Below, piece by piece: positions 30,497-40,194 of a stretch of DNA of 64,000 nt. The position numbers were made by a program, and so were the translations under genes. Within the stretch, counting starts at the first letter, position 1. Each line of letters starts with the position of its first letter. The stretch is taken from NCBI GenBank assembly GCA_963727625.1, contig CAVSHR010000004.1, forward strand, positions 1,280,001-1,344,000, read 5' to 3'. Under the pieces are notes generated by a model. The model was not told the DNA's origin and did no database searches. It saw nothing but the letters and a program-made list of their open reading frames with translations. This DNA is from an uncultured delta proteobacterium. Lineage in GTDB: Bacteria > Desulfobacterota > Binatia > UBA9968.

Positions 30497-30910
30497 ATGA
30501 AAGCCCTCGCGAATCGATTCGATCACATCGTCCTCACGGTCAATGACGTTGAAGAGACCACCAAGTTCTACGAACGGGTGCTTGGTTTCGAAAGGGAAAT
30601 GTTTCAAGGGTCGGACGGGCAGCCGCGCTACGCGCTGCGCTTCGGCAATCATAAGATCAATCTTCAGGAGCGCGCCACCGATACCGCGAACAAAGCGAAA
30701 TTCCCAACATTCGGCTCGGCGGATTTCTGCCTTATCGCCGCGGTTCCCTTGCAAGCGGTGCTGGACCGTCTGCGTGCCGAAAAGGTCGCGATCGTGGCAG
30801 GTCCGGTTCAGCGCAGAGGCGCGCTCGGACAGATGCGCTCCGTTTACTTCCGCGACCCGGACGAAAATCTCGTCGAGGTGTCGGAATACACCAATGAAAC
30901 AAAGCAATAA
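30497..30910 (+). CDS. VOC/glyoxalase family protein
   Basis: FDHIVLTVNDVE, KINLQ, GSADFC, GPVQRRGA, SVYFRDPDENLVE. Confidence 0.9.
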   Translation: MKALANRFDHIVLTVNDVEETTKFYERVLGFEREMFQGSDGQPRYALRFGNHKINLQERATDTANKAKFPTFGSADFCLIAAVPLQAVLDRLRAEKVAIVAGPVQRRGALGQMRSVYFRDPDENLVEVSEYTNETKQ

Positions 30911-30993
30911 ATATGCGACTTCGCGGTGGACGATGACAGGAGGAAAACTGCTTAAGGAGCGCGCATAAGTTTTAGTTCGATCTTACGGCTGCG

Positions 30994-31563
30994 TCAATTT
31001 TTCCGGCAGATGAGATCTCCCTTGGGAAACGGCAAAAGCACGCAGTCTACTCGCGGATCGTTATGCGCCCGTTCGAGGAACTCCTTTTGGTAGCGCGGCG
31101 AAGTCACGTTATCGACGACGATCCAACCACCCGGCACTAGGCGCGGCACGATTGACTCATAGATCTTGGCATTCAACTCCGGCGGCTCGATGTCGGAGAA
31201 GCAAAACGCCAGCGGCGCAGACTGGCCGGCATAGTCGAACGCGTTGCCGTGAAAGACCCGGACGGTACCGTCGGCCCCGGCTTGTGCGATGTTTGTCCGC
31301 GCCAAAGCGACTTTTTTTTCATCGAGATCGACCGTCGTTAGCGTGACGCCTTTGGCGCGCGCAGCGAGCGAAAGCCACAGGCTCGAGTAGCCGCCGCTGC
31401 TACCTAGTTCGAGAAAGGCGCCCGGCGGCGCCGACAGAGCGAGAAGCGAGAGCACGCGCGCGACATCGGTGTCGACGCTGCGCAGCGAGCGTTGATCACG
31501 CGCCAGCTGCTCTTCCATCGCGCGCATTACCCGTTGCATGTCGGCGGAAATTTCATGAAACAC
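30994..31563 (-). CDS. Class I SAM-dependent O-methyltransferase (COMT/CCoAOMT-like)
   Basis: LELGSSGGYSSLWL, TVD, FSD, GGWIVVDN; GTG start overlaps the radical SAM stop, with GGAGG RBS. Confidence 0.85.
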   Translation of the reverse strand: MFHEISADMQRVMRAMEEQLARDQRSLRSVDTDVARVLSLLALSAPPGAFLELGSSGGYSSLWLSLAARAKGVTLTTVDLDEKKVALARTNIAQAGADGTVRVFHGNAFDYAGQSAPLAFCFSDIEPPELNAKIYESIVPRLVPGGWIVVDNVTSPRYQKEFLERAHNDPRVDCVLLPFPKGDLICRKN

Positions 31564-32968
31564 CGGCGCCTCCTTCGAGATTTTCGAACGGCACGCTGCG
31601 CCGGTTGATCTGTTCTTCGATATCGGCCGGAAACAGATTTTCTTTCAACATAACGAAATCGCCGTACGCGCCGTGCACCGGACCGAGCAGGTTCCGTTCG
31701 GCAAGCAGCCCGGCCTTACGCGTGCCGAACTTGGGCAACTGCGAGCGATATTTTTGGTAGCACTCATACCAATTGCGCGTCATCAATATATAATAGTCGA
31801 GTGGCACCGGCGGCTGCTCCGCCTCCTTGCATAGCGCCGTTGACGGCTCGCGCCGCCATTGCTGCGGCCGCGGCATGATCCCACGTGACATGAGATACTC
31901 GAAGCAGCCGGTGGTCGAATCGACCGCTGCGGCAACGGATTGAAACCCATGGGGCCGCGCCATTTCGATGCCGGAGACAAAACTCGGCTGTACGTTGCCT
32001 GTGCCGAACACCTCGACGGCATCGCACATCCAACGCACCCAGTTGTCCCAGCCGACGCGCTCGGCCTTACCGGGATTGATCCATTCAAACAGCCGCTTGT
32101 CCCACACCTCCATGTTGAAGTGGATGTTGTCGGCGCCGGCGGCTTTATAGCGCTTCACTTCTTCTCGCGGCCGGGCATTGACCTCGAAGGTGATTCTTGG
32201 CCTTGCCGAGGTTCCTTTGATCGCGCGGATGTACTCCTCGTAGAAATCCACTTCGCTCTTGCCATGCAGCGTTTTGGTGATCGAGCCGCCGCTGAGCACG
32301 AAGCCGGGCGCGGCTACTCCAAGCCGGCGCGCGTCGCTCGTGACCTCCTCGCAAACTAACCTGACATCTTCCAACGACTTTACCGGCGCCGCCAAAGTGA
32401 AGTCGCGTGACAACTTCATTTGGCGGGCGTTCTCGTTGATGTCGCAGAACTTGCATTCCTCCTTCGCGCCCCAGTATTGACAATTGCGAAAGATGGTAAT
32501 GAACGCGCCAAAGGCGACGATCTCGTGGTAGGGCGTGCCGTCAGGCAAGCTCTTCGAATAGTAGTCGGGAGTTTTTGGCAAGCGGACTTCCGCAAGAACA
32601 CGCCCCTCCGTGGTCATAACGAGGCGGCCATCGACGACATCGATCAGGTAAGGCGAATAAGGCGAAAGCGAAGTCTGAATCGCCACAGGGCGCATGCCGT
32701 AAGGCCCATTGAGTATTACGAAGTGTTCTGGCACGCGCCGATGCTCGCCCCTCTTGAGCTCGGACATCGGCACCAAGTCGTAGGAGAATAAGCGGTAGGA
32801 CTTGACCAGCGTGCCCCCGGACGCTTGGAGCGCGGCGTCGCTGAACCAGTGCCCGAGGCTCAAGAGATGCTGCTTGAGAATAGTCTCCTTGGGAACGTCC
32901 GGGTATTTTTGGAAATACGCTTCCAATACTTCGGGACTGGATTCGTTCGTCGTCGCCAGGTTAGCCAT
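31553..32968 (-). CDS. Radical SAM protein with a non-canonical CX8CX2C motif
   Basis: CQYWGAKEECKFC, LSGG, FNMEVWD...PGK, FVSGIE. Confidence 0.8.
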   Translation of the reverse strand: MANLATTNESSPEVLEAYFQKYPDVPKETILKQHLLSLGHWFSDAALQASGGTLVKSYRLFSYDLVPMSELKRGEHRRVPEHFVILNGPYGMRPVAIQTSLSPYSPYLIDVVDGRLVMTTEGRVLAEVRLPKTPDYYSKSLPDGTPYHEIVAFGAFITIFRNCQYWGAKEECKFCDINENARQMKLSRDFTLAAPVKSLEDVRLVCEEVTSDARRLGVAAPGFVLSGGSITKTLHGKSEVDFYEEYIRAIKGTSARPRITFEVNARPREEVKRYKAAGADNIHFNMEVWDKRLFEWINPGKAERVGWDNWVRWMCDAVEVFGTGNVQPSFVSGIEMARPHGFQSVAAAVDSTTGCFEYLMSRGIMPRPQQWRREPSTALCKEAEQPPVPLDYYILMTRNWYECYQKYRSQLPKFGTRKAGLLAERNLLGPVHGAYGDFVMLKENLFPADIEEQINRRSVPFENLEGGAGVS

Positions 32969-33034
32969 TCGGCGGATCCTTTCAATGCGATCGTTGCGGC
33001 TTGCGCCTTTATCCGGGCCCGCTCGCCATCGTCG

Positions 33035-33603
33035 CTACTTCAATAGGGCTCGTGCAGCCTTGGCGGCGGGTTTGCGTACCTTTTTGATCTTCTCTTCCGA
33101 CTGATTTTCAACCTGCAAACATTCACTGACGGACATGGCGTCTTTTGCCGGGATCGTGCCGGACTTTCTCAGCCAGCGAGTGTCGACATCGAGGCGCCGG
33201 GTCGCTTGGCTAAGCGCTACGGTTCGATCGGATCGAGGATCCCCTCGTTCAACATGCCGGATATGATCGAAGAAGACCCGCCGATGTGCAGATCGAAATG
33301 GCGCACGCCGGCTTTGAATTCGTCCGCCATGCGGCGCACCGCCGCGCTGCCGCGCGCCGTAAATGTTTCGACTTCAATGCCGTAGTGTTTATTGAATTGC
33401 TTCTCGACCTGTCTTTTCAACTCGGCGCTGGCCGGCATCGATACCGTGACCTTGCCTTCCTTCTTTGCGCCATCGAGCACCTGTTCCCAATCCGCCGACC
33501 CGGCAACTCTGCTTTGCTGACCATAAACCGGGGGCGCCCATATCAGCAGCCAATACAGCAAGACCGATAAAAACTTCCTCGCAATTTTGATCTGGACTGG
33601 CAT
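33035..33603 (-). pseudogene. Extracellular solute-binding protein with an internal deletion
   Basis: N-terminal ORF 33217-33603 (WEQVLDGAKKEGKV...ILDPIEP*) followed at once, in another frame, by a family-type C-terminus ALSQATRRLDVDTRWL...ENQSEEKIKKVRKPAAKAARALLK*. Confidence 0.75.
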
Positions 33604-33900
33604 CGTTCTACCTACACCACACGGGTAAAGATCGCGTGCTGAGCGAACACCTCTTTCCGAGCCTTACCGGGCTGGATGGATAATTCTTTAAGGAGAAATA
33701 GTTTATATGTCAAGAATTGTTTTCTAAATAAATCAACTGTCTTACGAGGGAACACCCCAAAGCTTAATACTGAAAAGACAATCAATTGTTGACCGGGTTT
33801 TGAAAAACCAAAGGCGCGCCCGTCTAATTATCTCCGCCGCGTGGCAATCCATGAATACGAACAGGCCGAGCTTTGTACAGTTGACGTCAGACCTATAGGT

Positions 33901-33955
33901 TCCGTCTATTCTCGCGACCCCTGACGGCAACCTTGTCGAAGTATCGGAGTATATC
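33901..33955 (+). pseudogene. Decayed 3' remnant of a VOC gene
   Basis: SVYSRDP/DGNLVEVSEY with one extra base, versus SVYFRDPDENLVEVSEY in 30497-30910. Confidence 0.6.
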
Positions 33956-34232
33956 AGCGACGTGAGAGCAGCAAGCGATTGAACGAAAGCTGACAGTAAG
34001 TACCCGTCCTGTTCCAGTTCACAGTTCATAGCAGCGAAGCACGGACAGGGTCTTGAACGTTGCTGTCAAATTGAAATTCCCCAGGACAATATAGATTCAG
34101 AGCAACCGCCGCCGCAGCGATTCTTACCGATCTCGTAGGCCAAACGTTTTTGACAAGGCCCGAAAAACAATCCGCTTTTCTCGGAGACCCCGCCAACCAG
34201 CCTAACAAGATTGCGTCTGATCTGGAGAAAGC

Positions 34233-35090
34233 TCAGCGCGAAATTTTTCCCGCGAACTTCTCGATCAAAGCGTTAAAGCGCTCGGGCTCGTCGACGAACA
34301 AGGCGTGGCCCGCTTTCTTGAACAGTTCAACTTGGGTCGACGGGCGATGCTTTTTGAAGTTGGCCGCTTGCTGCTCAAATTGCCGGGTGACGGCGTAGAG
34401 CAGAGGCTTGTCGAAACCGAGGGCAATCTGTTTCCAATGTCTGCGTGCGAAAGGATAGTCCAGCAGCGCCAGACTGTCTTCCAGCCTCATTCGCGTGGCG
34501 TCGCGCGTCAAGCGACGCAACTCTACCTCATCAAGCCGCGTGGCGAAAATGGATCGCACGAAATCGGTTATGGTTTTGTCCCGGTCTTGGCGCAGACACT
34601 GCTTGAAATTTCCGCCCGGCGCGGGCGCCGGCTCCTCACCCACCGAGCTATCGACCAAGACCAAACCGGCCATCGTTGCGGCACCGAACATGTGCACCAT
34701 TTGCAGCGATTCGATGGCGCCCAAGGACCAGCCGATCAGCAGAACCTTTGATCGTGGCAACAAAAATTCGTGGATATCGGTCGCCCGCCGCTCCGCGGTG
34801 TAGCCGGCCGTGGGAATTTCAGATTCACCCTGGCCGCGCGGATCCAAGGCGAGCGTCTCGTAGCGCCGGCTGAAAACTTCCAGCTGTCTACGCCAAATCG
34901 TCGCCGGCATCGACCATCCGGGAACTAAAACGATGGCCAACTTTTCTTTGCCGGCGAAATCCTGTCCGGCTTCCAGGAAGGAGAGCGTTACGCCGTCGCT
35001 GGTCTGAAAGGATCGTCGGGTAATTTCACTGGCGGTGCAAGGGCTTGCCATGATCAGCAACGCCGCGGCCAAGCACAAACGGCGCGCCAT
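34233..35090 (-). CDS. Alpha/beta hydrolase (non-haem chloroperoxidase/arylesterase-like) with signal peptide
   Basis: VPGW, DPRGQGES, GWSLG nucleophile elbow, GHALF. Confidence 0.88.
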   Translation of the reverse strand: MARRLCLAAALLIMASPCTASEITRRSFQTSDGVTLSFLEAGQDFAGKEKLAIVLVPGWSMPATIWRRQLEVFSRRYETLALDPRGQGESEIPTAGYTAERRATDIHEFLLPRSKVLLIGWSLGAIESLQMVHMFGAATMAGLVLVDSSVGEEPAPAPGGNFKQCLRQDRDKTITDFVRSIFATRLDEVELRRLTRDATRMRLEDSLALLDYPFARRHWKQIALGFDKPLLYAVTRQFEQQAANFKKHRPSTQVELFKKAGHALFVDEPERFNALIEKFAGKISR

Positions 35091-35102
35091 GAATTCACTG
35101 AG

Positions 35103-36260
35103 CTAGCGGTGCGCGGCGATGAGCCCGGACTGCTGGCCGCGCCAATGGTAGCCGAAGGGAAACGGCAACGGAGCCTGTTCCTTCCGGGCGCTGTAAGCGG
35201 TTTCGAGATCTTTTTGATAACCATAGGTCATCGGCCTGATCGGCTTATTGTAGCGGCCGTAGAGCTTTACCTGCCAAGGGGTGTGTTTGATGTAACGGTA
35301 CGGGATGCCGGTGTCGTCTTGCACCAATACATCGGCGGCATCCAACAGCATAGCGCGGGTTTTGGAGAACTGCTGATCGTGTAGCAGATAAGAAGCCGAT
35401 TTGATCAACACCGTGGCCGGCTTGTACTGGCTCGCCCAGTTTAAAAAGTCCGGATAAGATTCCAGGGCCTTGTCCGACGCATCGAGCGAGACATAGGAGA
35501 GTTGCTGCGTAGTCGAACCGTTCGGATTGCCAAACTCGATGCGCACGGCGCGCATTCTCACCCGCGGCCGTTTCGCGTCGGGCGAATCGAAGCCATGAGT
35601 AATCTCCGGGAAAAGATCGAGAGGTTCGATCCTGATGATGCGCCGATTCATCAGCGCCATCATGGTCGCCATCACCGGGACGGTGCCGCGGATCCACGGT
35701 GTGCTCAACTGCTTGCTCATGTACGAAGTGATAAAATAGTTGCGTTCGAAAATATCGCGAAACGCGCTGCGTACGTCTTGCAGCAGCTCGGCGAACTGCA
35801 CGGGCGTCACCGACTCCAAATCCGGCAGCGTTCCGGGCCGCTCCAGGCTGAAGAATACATAGCGCCCATGCTCGGGGAAAAACGTATAGGCGTTCAGAAA
35901 ATCCGGACCGCTGAAAGGATAGAGCAGGGTCTTTTTAGGCGCGCCGGCAATCTTGATCTCCTGACTGCGCCACGACTCCATGGTTTGAATGCGATGGTGC
36001 ACTTGATTCCAGCTGGAGGTCATCCACTGCTGGTGTTCCTTGAACGCATCGGTTTCGACTAGCCGCTTTAATGCCGGCTCCGGCGGATTGGGAGCGACCC
36101 CCGCCAGGATTTGCGCTGTCGCCGTAGCGCGCCGGTTAAACTCCATGCCGTTGGCCGACAGAGCATTAACCGGACCAGAAGCCAGAAGGAGCGTCAAAAC
36201 GAGCGCGCTCATCAACCTCAGGAAATCAAATCGTTCCATAAATTGTAAGCTATATTTCAT
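35103..36260 (-). CDS. Conserved hypothetical exported protein
   Basis: Long ORF with hydrophobic leader; motif-like blocks LYPFSGPDF, KSASYLLH, QDDTGIP, LPFPFGY. Confidence 0.75.
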   Translation of the reverse strand: MKYSLQFMERFDFLRLMSALVLTLLLASGPVNALSANGMEFNRRATATAQILAGVAPNPPEPALKRLVETDAFKEHQQWMTSSWNQVHHRIQTMESWRSQEIKIAGAPKKTLLYPFSGPDFLNAYTFFPEHGRYVFFSLERPGTLPDLESVTPVQFAELLQDVRSAFRDIFERNYFITSYMSKQLSTPWIRGTVPVMATMMALMNRRIIRIEPLDLFPEITHGFDSPDAKRPRVRMRAVRIEFGNPNGSTTQQLSYVSLDASDKALESYPDFLNWASQYKPATVLIKSASYLLHDQQFSKTRAMLLDAADVLVQDDTGIPYRYIKHTPWQVKLYGRYNKPIRPMTYGYQKDLETAYSARKEQAPLPFPFGYHWRGQQSGLIAAHR

Positions 36261-36677
36261 AGACTTGGCACGTAAAACTAAACCTTAGATAGAATTCTCA
36301 AATCGCGCTCCTCAGCCTAAACGATCTCCTTTCAGGGACTTTGACGAACAGAGTAGCATTTTCTAAGCTACAAGTAATATCATTTGCAAGGGGTCAATGG
36401 CTCACCGGCCGGCACTGTCTTGCCTCCGGGTCGGTAACGATCCCGGCGAATGAAGCGCCAGCGGCAAATGCCTTTTCATGAGAAACAGATTGAGATAAGA
36501 GAAAAAACACCGCGACAATACAAACCTAAGGAAGGATTGAGTCACGTGGTGCGTGTATTTGTTTCGGGCGGATCTCTAAATCGTGCGGCTGTGTGTATTC
36601 GCTTCATGCCTGTGGCTCGGCAAGCCCGCCGCCGGCAACATCACTAACGTCAACGACCACGCCAAAAGGAGAACAAC

Positions 36678-37388
36678 TTGTCAGGTTGGAAAGCTCGCAT
36701 CGGCTATTTATCACCGTCGGTTTTTGAAACACCGTCGGACTGGGATTTAATCTTGCCCAAAGGCTTCACCCTTGTCGCTTCGGGCCTCAACGTTCAAGCC
36801 CACACGGAAGCGGAGTTCAATAAAGCCATCGACGCGCTGGGCGCCGGCCTGGGAATTTTCGCCGCCGAAGAATGCGACGCCATTCTCATGGGCGGCATCA
36901 CTCTCGGCACGCAGCGCGGTTACGCCGCCGAGCAGGAAGTCGTCGCCAAACTTTCCCGTCAAGTCGGCTTGCCGGTCAGCACCGCCATGAGCGCGACGGT
37001 GGAGGCGTTCAAACATTTGCGCGTGCGCAGCACGGTGATCGCCACCGCATACAAAGAATCCATCAATCAAGCCGTTAAAAAATATTACGAGGACGGCGGC
37101 TTAAAAGTCCTGGAAATCAAGGGGCTGGAAGTTTCCAAACCGGTGGATCAAGTCAAGCTTCCTGACTACGCGTCGTATAAAGTCGCTCGCGAACTATTTC
37201 GCCATCATCCCGAGGTCGACAGCCTGTTGATTCAGGGCCGATGGCGGTCGGTCGCCTATGTTCAAGAGCTGGAAGACGACACCTTAAAACCGGTGATCTC
37301 CAGTACTGCGGCGTCGCTCTGGTGGGTCATGAACGCTCTCGGCATGAAACCACCCATCGAAGGTTACGGCAAACTGTTGCACGGCTAA
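36678..37388 (+). CDS. Asp/Glu racemase superfamily, maleate isomerase/arylmalonate decarboxylase-like
   Basis: RIGYLSPS, IATAY, ELEDDTLKPVISS, IEGYGKLL; RBS AAGGAG before a TTG start. Confidence 0.8.
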   Translation: MSGWKARIGYLSPSVFETPSDWDLILPKGFTLVASGLNVQAHTEAEFNKAIDALGAGLGIFAAEECDAILMGGITLGTQRGYAAEQEVVAKLSRQVGLPVSTAMSATVEAFKHLRVRSTVIATAYKESINQAVKKYYEDGGLKVLEIKGLEVSKPVDQVKLPDYASYKVARELFRHHPEVDSLLIQGRWRSVAYVQELEDDTLKPVISSTAASLWWVMNALGMKPPIEGYGKLLHG

Positions 37389-37471
37389 TGCCCCCGGCAG
37401 GGGGGGCGGCACGGTTCATTTAAATGAGCTCCCCCACGCTAATCCATGATTATCCGGCGCAGCGCTAAAAC

Positions 37472-37507
37472 AAAAAGGGCGGCCTGATCAATCAGCCCGC
37501 CCTTTTT
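37472..37507. terminator. Bidirectional intrinsic terminator
   Basis: AAAAAGGGCGG-CCTGATCAATCAGC-CCGCCCTTTTT. Confidence 0.85.
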
Positions 37508-37547
37508 ATTAACGCCAACGCGTTATTACTGTGATCTTATTATTTTT

Positions 37548-37795
37548 TCACTGCAGCCCGCTTACCAACGATTCGGCCAGCGCTTGTTTCGAACACACCT
37601 GCCGCCGGGGTTGTTTCGAGACTGCTTTGAGGAAGCCCAACCTACTGATTGACCCGCTCCCGGGTTCGCGCCAAGCGGCGCCGAGATTGAGGGCTTGATT
37701 CACACAGCTCGATTGCCAACGGCTAGCTCGATCGAACTGCTGGCATCCGCCGCCAGCGGGCTTGAATTGCCCGGTGGACTATCTTCTCCCGTCAT
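37548..37795 (-). other. Two coupled small ORFs (31 aa 37700-37795; 51 aa 37548-37703) or one frameshifted ~82 aa ORF
   Basis: GGAGG RBS before ATG 37795; GTGA overlap; lies between a promoter and a terminator. Confidence 0.4.
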
Positions 37796-37878
37796 AAAAC
37801 CTCCATCACGGAAAAGCTCCAGACAGGCGCGCTCTGCTGCCGCTCTTCCCACCCCGCTTGTACTACGGAGCTAGCCAA

Positions 37879-37907
37879 ACGCTATCGCTGCAAATAATTG
37901 ATGTCAA
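37879..37907 (-). promoter_or_regulatory. Sigma70-type promoter
   Basis: TTGACA-17 bp-TAGCGT on the minus strand. Confidence 0.6.
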
Positions 37908-37976
37908 GAGCTCTTTTTGAATTATTTGCGCCGCAAATTTCAAACCGCGATTTTTTTCTGAAAAAGTATGACTCGC

Positions 37977-38285
37977 CTATCGATGCCCGCGCATTTCCGC
38001 CGCGCTGAAGGGACCGGCGCCCATGATTTGATGCACCTCCCACTCAAGCAACTCGAAGGTAGAAAATCCCGCAGCCGTATAGGGATCGCTGGCGGCAATT
38101 TTTTCCGCTTCCGCTTTGTCGGTGGCGCGAATGACGTAAACGCCGTACTTGCGATCCGTTGTCGGCCCGGAAAAAAGGATTTTACCGGATTCATGTTGTT
38201 GCTTCATCCAGACCAGGTGTTGATCTAGCGTCACCGTCCACTCCTCGCGCGGCTTCACCGGCCGGCGCAGAACCAAGTACCACAT
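37977..38285 (-). CDS. YciI family protein
   Basis: QHLVWM, LFSGP, AASDPY; RBS AGGAGG before ATG 38285. Confidence 0.85.
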   Translation of the reverse strand: MWYLVLRRPVKPREEWTVTLDQHLVWMKQQHESGKILFSGPTTDRKYGVYVIRATDKAEAEKIAASDPYTAAGFSTFELLEWEVHQIMGAGPFSAAEMRGHR

Positions 38286-38637
38286 GCTCGCCTCCTTTTT
38301 ATAAAAACGAAGAAACCATCCGACCCTAAAATTAACCGATACGCCGCCGCGCTTCGCGCTGTCAAGACCATGTCGCTGTGGATGCTTGCCCAGCGCGATG
38401 GCTATGGCGCCGGTCACCACGGCCCGCCCTCGCACAAACCGGAAATGAAAAAATTCAGCACTCCCTTCAGATGCCAAACCAACCTCTAGTCGGCGGGGTT
38501 CCAGAGGGATTAACTGCATGTACTAGACAAAGATATGCCAGTCAAAGCCTACGGCCGGCATCGGGCGGCTTAACTTAATGCGCTATTGATATATAATGCG
38601 TTGGGCCTTTCGAGATGGATTCACCCAAGGAGTTAAA

Positions 38638-40194
38638 ATGAACCGTACGTTTATCGGGCTGATCATAGTGAGTTCGTGCTTGCTTTCACCGAACTGGATC
38701 TACGCGCAAGATTCCATTCGTGATTTGGTCGTAAAGATTCACGCGATCCACCAACGACCGGATCTTTTTCGTCCTTGGACCAAAGCCAGCCCGCAACAGG
38801 TGAAGGGCTCCGGCGTGGTGATCGACGGTAAGCGAATTCTCACCAACGCCCATGTCGTCAAGTACGCCAGCCAGATTTATGTCCAGCCGAACCAATCGGC
38901 GAGCTACATCCCTGCACGGGTCGAGGCGATGACGCCGGGCATGGATCTGGCGATCTTGAAGCTCGACGACGAATCGTTTTTCGACAATCGCGGCAGCCTG
39001 CAATTCGCCGATGAAATGCCGCGGGTCAAAGACTCCATCAATGTCTACGGCTATCCTACCGGGGGCACCGAGCTTTCGGTCACCCAAGGGATCGTGTCGC
39101 GGATCGAATACACCGACTATTATTACCAGGCGACCGGTTTGCGCATCCAGGTGGACGCGGCGCTCAATTTCGGCAATAGCGGCGGTCCGGCCGTCTCGGA
39201 CGGAAAGCTCGTCGGTCTGGTTTTCAGTTTGATTCAAAACGCGCAAAACATCGGCTATTTGATTCCGGTCGAGGAAATAAAGCTTTTCTTAAATGACGTG
39301 GCCGATGGGGTTTATGACGGCAAGCCGCAAATGTACGACTTGATTCAGACGGTCGAGAACGACGCGCTGCGCCGCCGCCTCGGTCTGCCCAAAGGCGTCA
39401 ACGGTGTCATGATCGCCCAGCCTTACAGCAGCGACCCGAACTACCCGCTGCAAGAGTGGGACGTGGTGACCAAGATCGGCGATATGCCGATCGATAGCGA
39501 CGGGAAAGTGGCGATCCGTTACGACCTGCGTCTGTCCGCTGCGTATCTCGTGCAGAAATTTGCCAAAAATGGCATGCTGCCGATGACCATCTATCGCAAC
39601 GGCCGGCTGTTAGATATCAACTTGCCGGTGCGCTCTCAAAGAGAGCTGGTCATTCCCTATTTGATGGACAAAGCGCCGCGATTTTTTATCGTGGGGCCCT
39701 TCGTGTTTTCACAAACGACGCAAGATTACCTCGATCGCCTGGGCAATCAACGCACGCCCTCCCTCGGGCGCCAGCCGAGCCCGTTGGTCACCCGGCGTTA
39801 TGACAAGCCCGCCTTCGAAAACGAAGAGCTGATCATTGTCGCCTCGCCGCTGTTTCCCAGCCGTCTGACCCGTGGCTACGATGATCCCAGCCGCGCCGTG
39901 CTGAGCGAAGTGAACGGTATCGAAGTGAAAAACCTCCGGCATCTGGTCGAGATCTTGCGCGACAATCACGACGAGCAAATCAGCTTCAAATTCGCCAGCT
40001 CCGGCGTGTTGACCCACGAGACCATGGTGTTCAATCGCGCCGACCTGATGAACGCGACGGGGAAAATTCTCGAAGAGAACGGGATTCGCTATCCCTACTC
40101 GCCGGATTTGCGCGCGGTATGGGAAACTGGACCGCAAAACGGCACCAAAGCCGCGCAGGCCGCCTGCTGCGTCGCCGCCCCGACTGCCAATTGA
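38638..40194 (+). CDS. Trypsin-like serine protease, Deg/HtrA type with PDZ domains
   Basis: GSGVVI, LTNAHVV, DLAILK, QVDAALNFGNSGGP; signal peptide. Confidence 0.9.
   Translation: MNRTFIGLIIVSSCLLSPNWIYAQDSIRDLVVKIHAIHQRPDLFRPWTKASPQQVKGSGVVIDGKRILTNAHVVKYASQIYVQPNQSASYIPARVEAMTPGMDLAILKLDDESFFDNRGSLQFADEMPRVKDSINVYGYPTGGTELSVTQGIVSRIEYTDYYYQATGLRIQVDAALNFGNSGGPAVSDGKLVGLVFSLIQNAQNIGYLIPVEEIKLFLNDVADGVYDGKPQMYDLIQTVENDALRRRLGLPKGVNGVMIAQPYSSDPNYPLQEWDVVTKIGDMPIDSDGKVAIRYDLRLSAAYLVQKFAKNGMLPMTIYRNGRLLDINLPVRSQRELVIPYLMDKAPRFFIVGPFVFSQTTQDYLDRLGNQRTPSLGRQPSPLVTRRYDKPAFENEELIIVASPLFPSRLTRGYDDPSRAVLSEVNGIEVKNLRHLVEILRDNHDEQISFKFASSGVLTHETMVFNRADLMNATGKILEENGIRYPYSPDLRAVWETGPQNGTKAAQAACCVAAPTAN

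Noticed and set aside
33742-34208. Small ORFs in the AT-rich gap
   Set aside because: No family motifs or RBS; only the VOC remnant is supported.
37510-37870. tmRNA, RNase P, 6S or SRP RNA; or a selenocysteine UGA at 37700
   Set aside because: No hallmark motifs were seen; the read-through product lacks a redox motif and the downstream hairpin is not a convincing SECIS.
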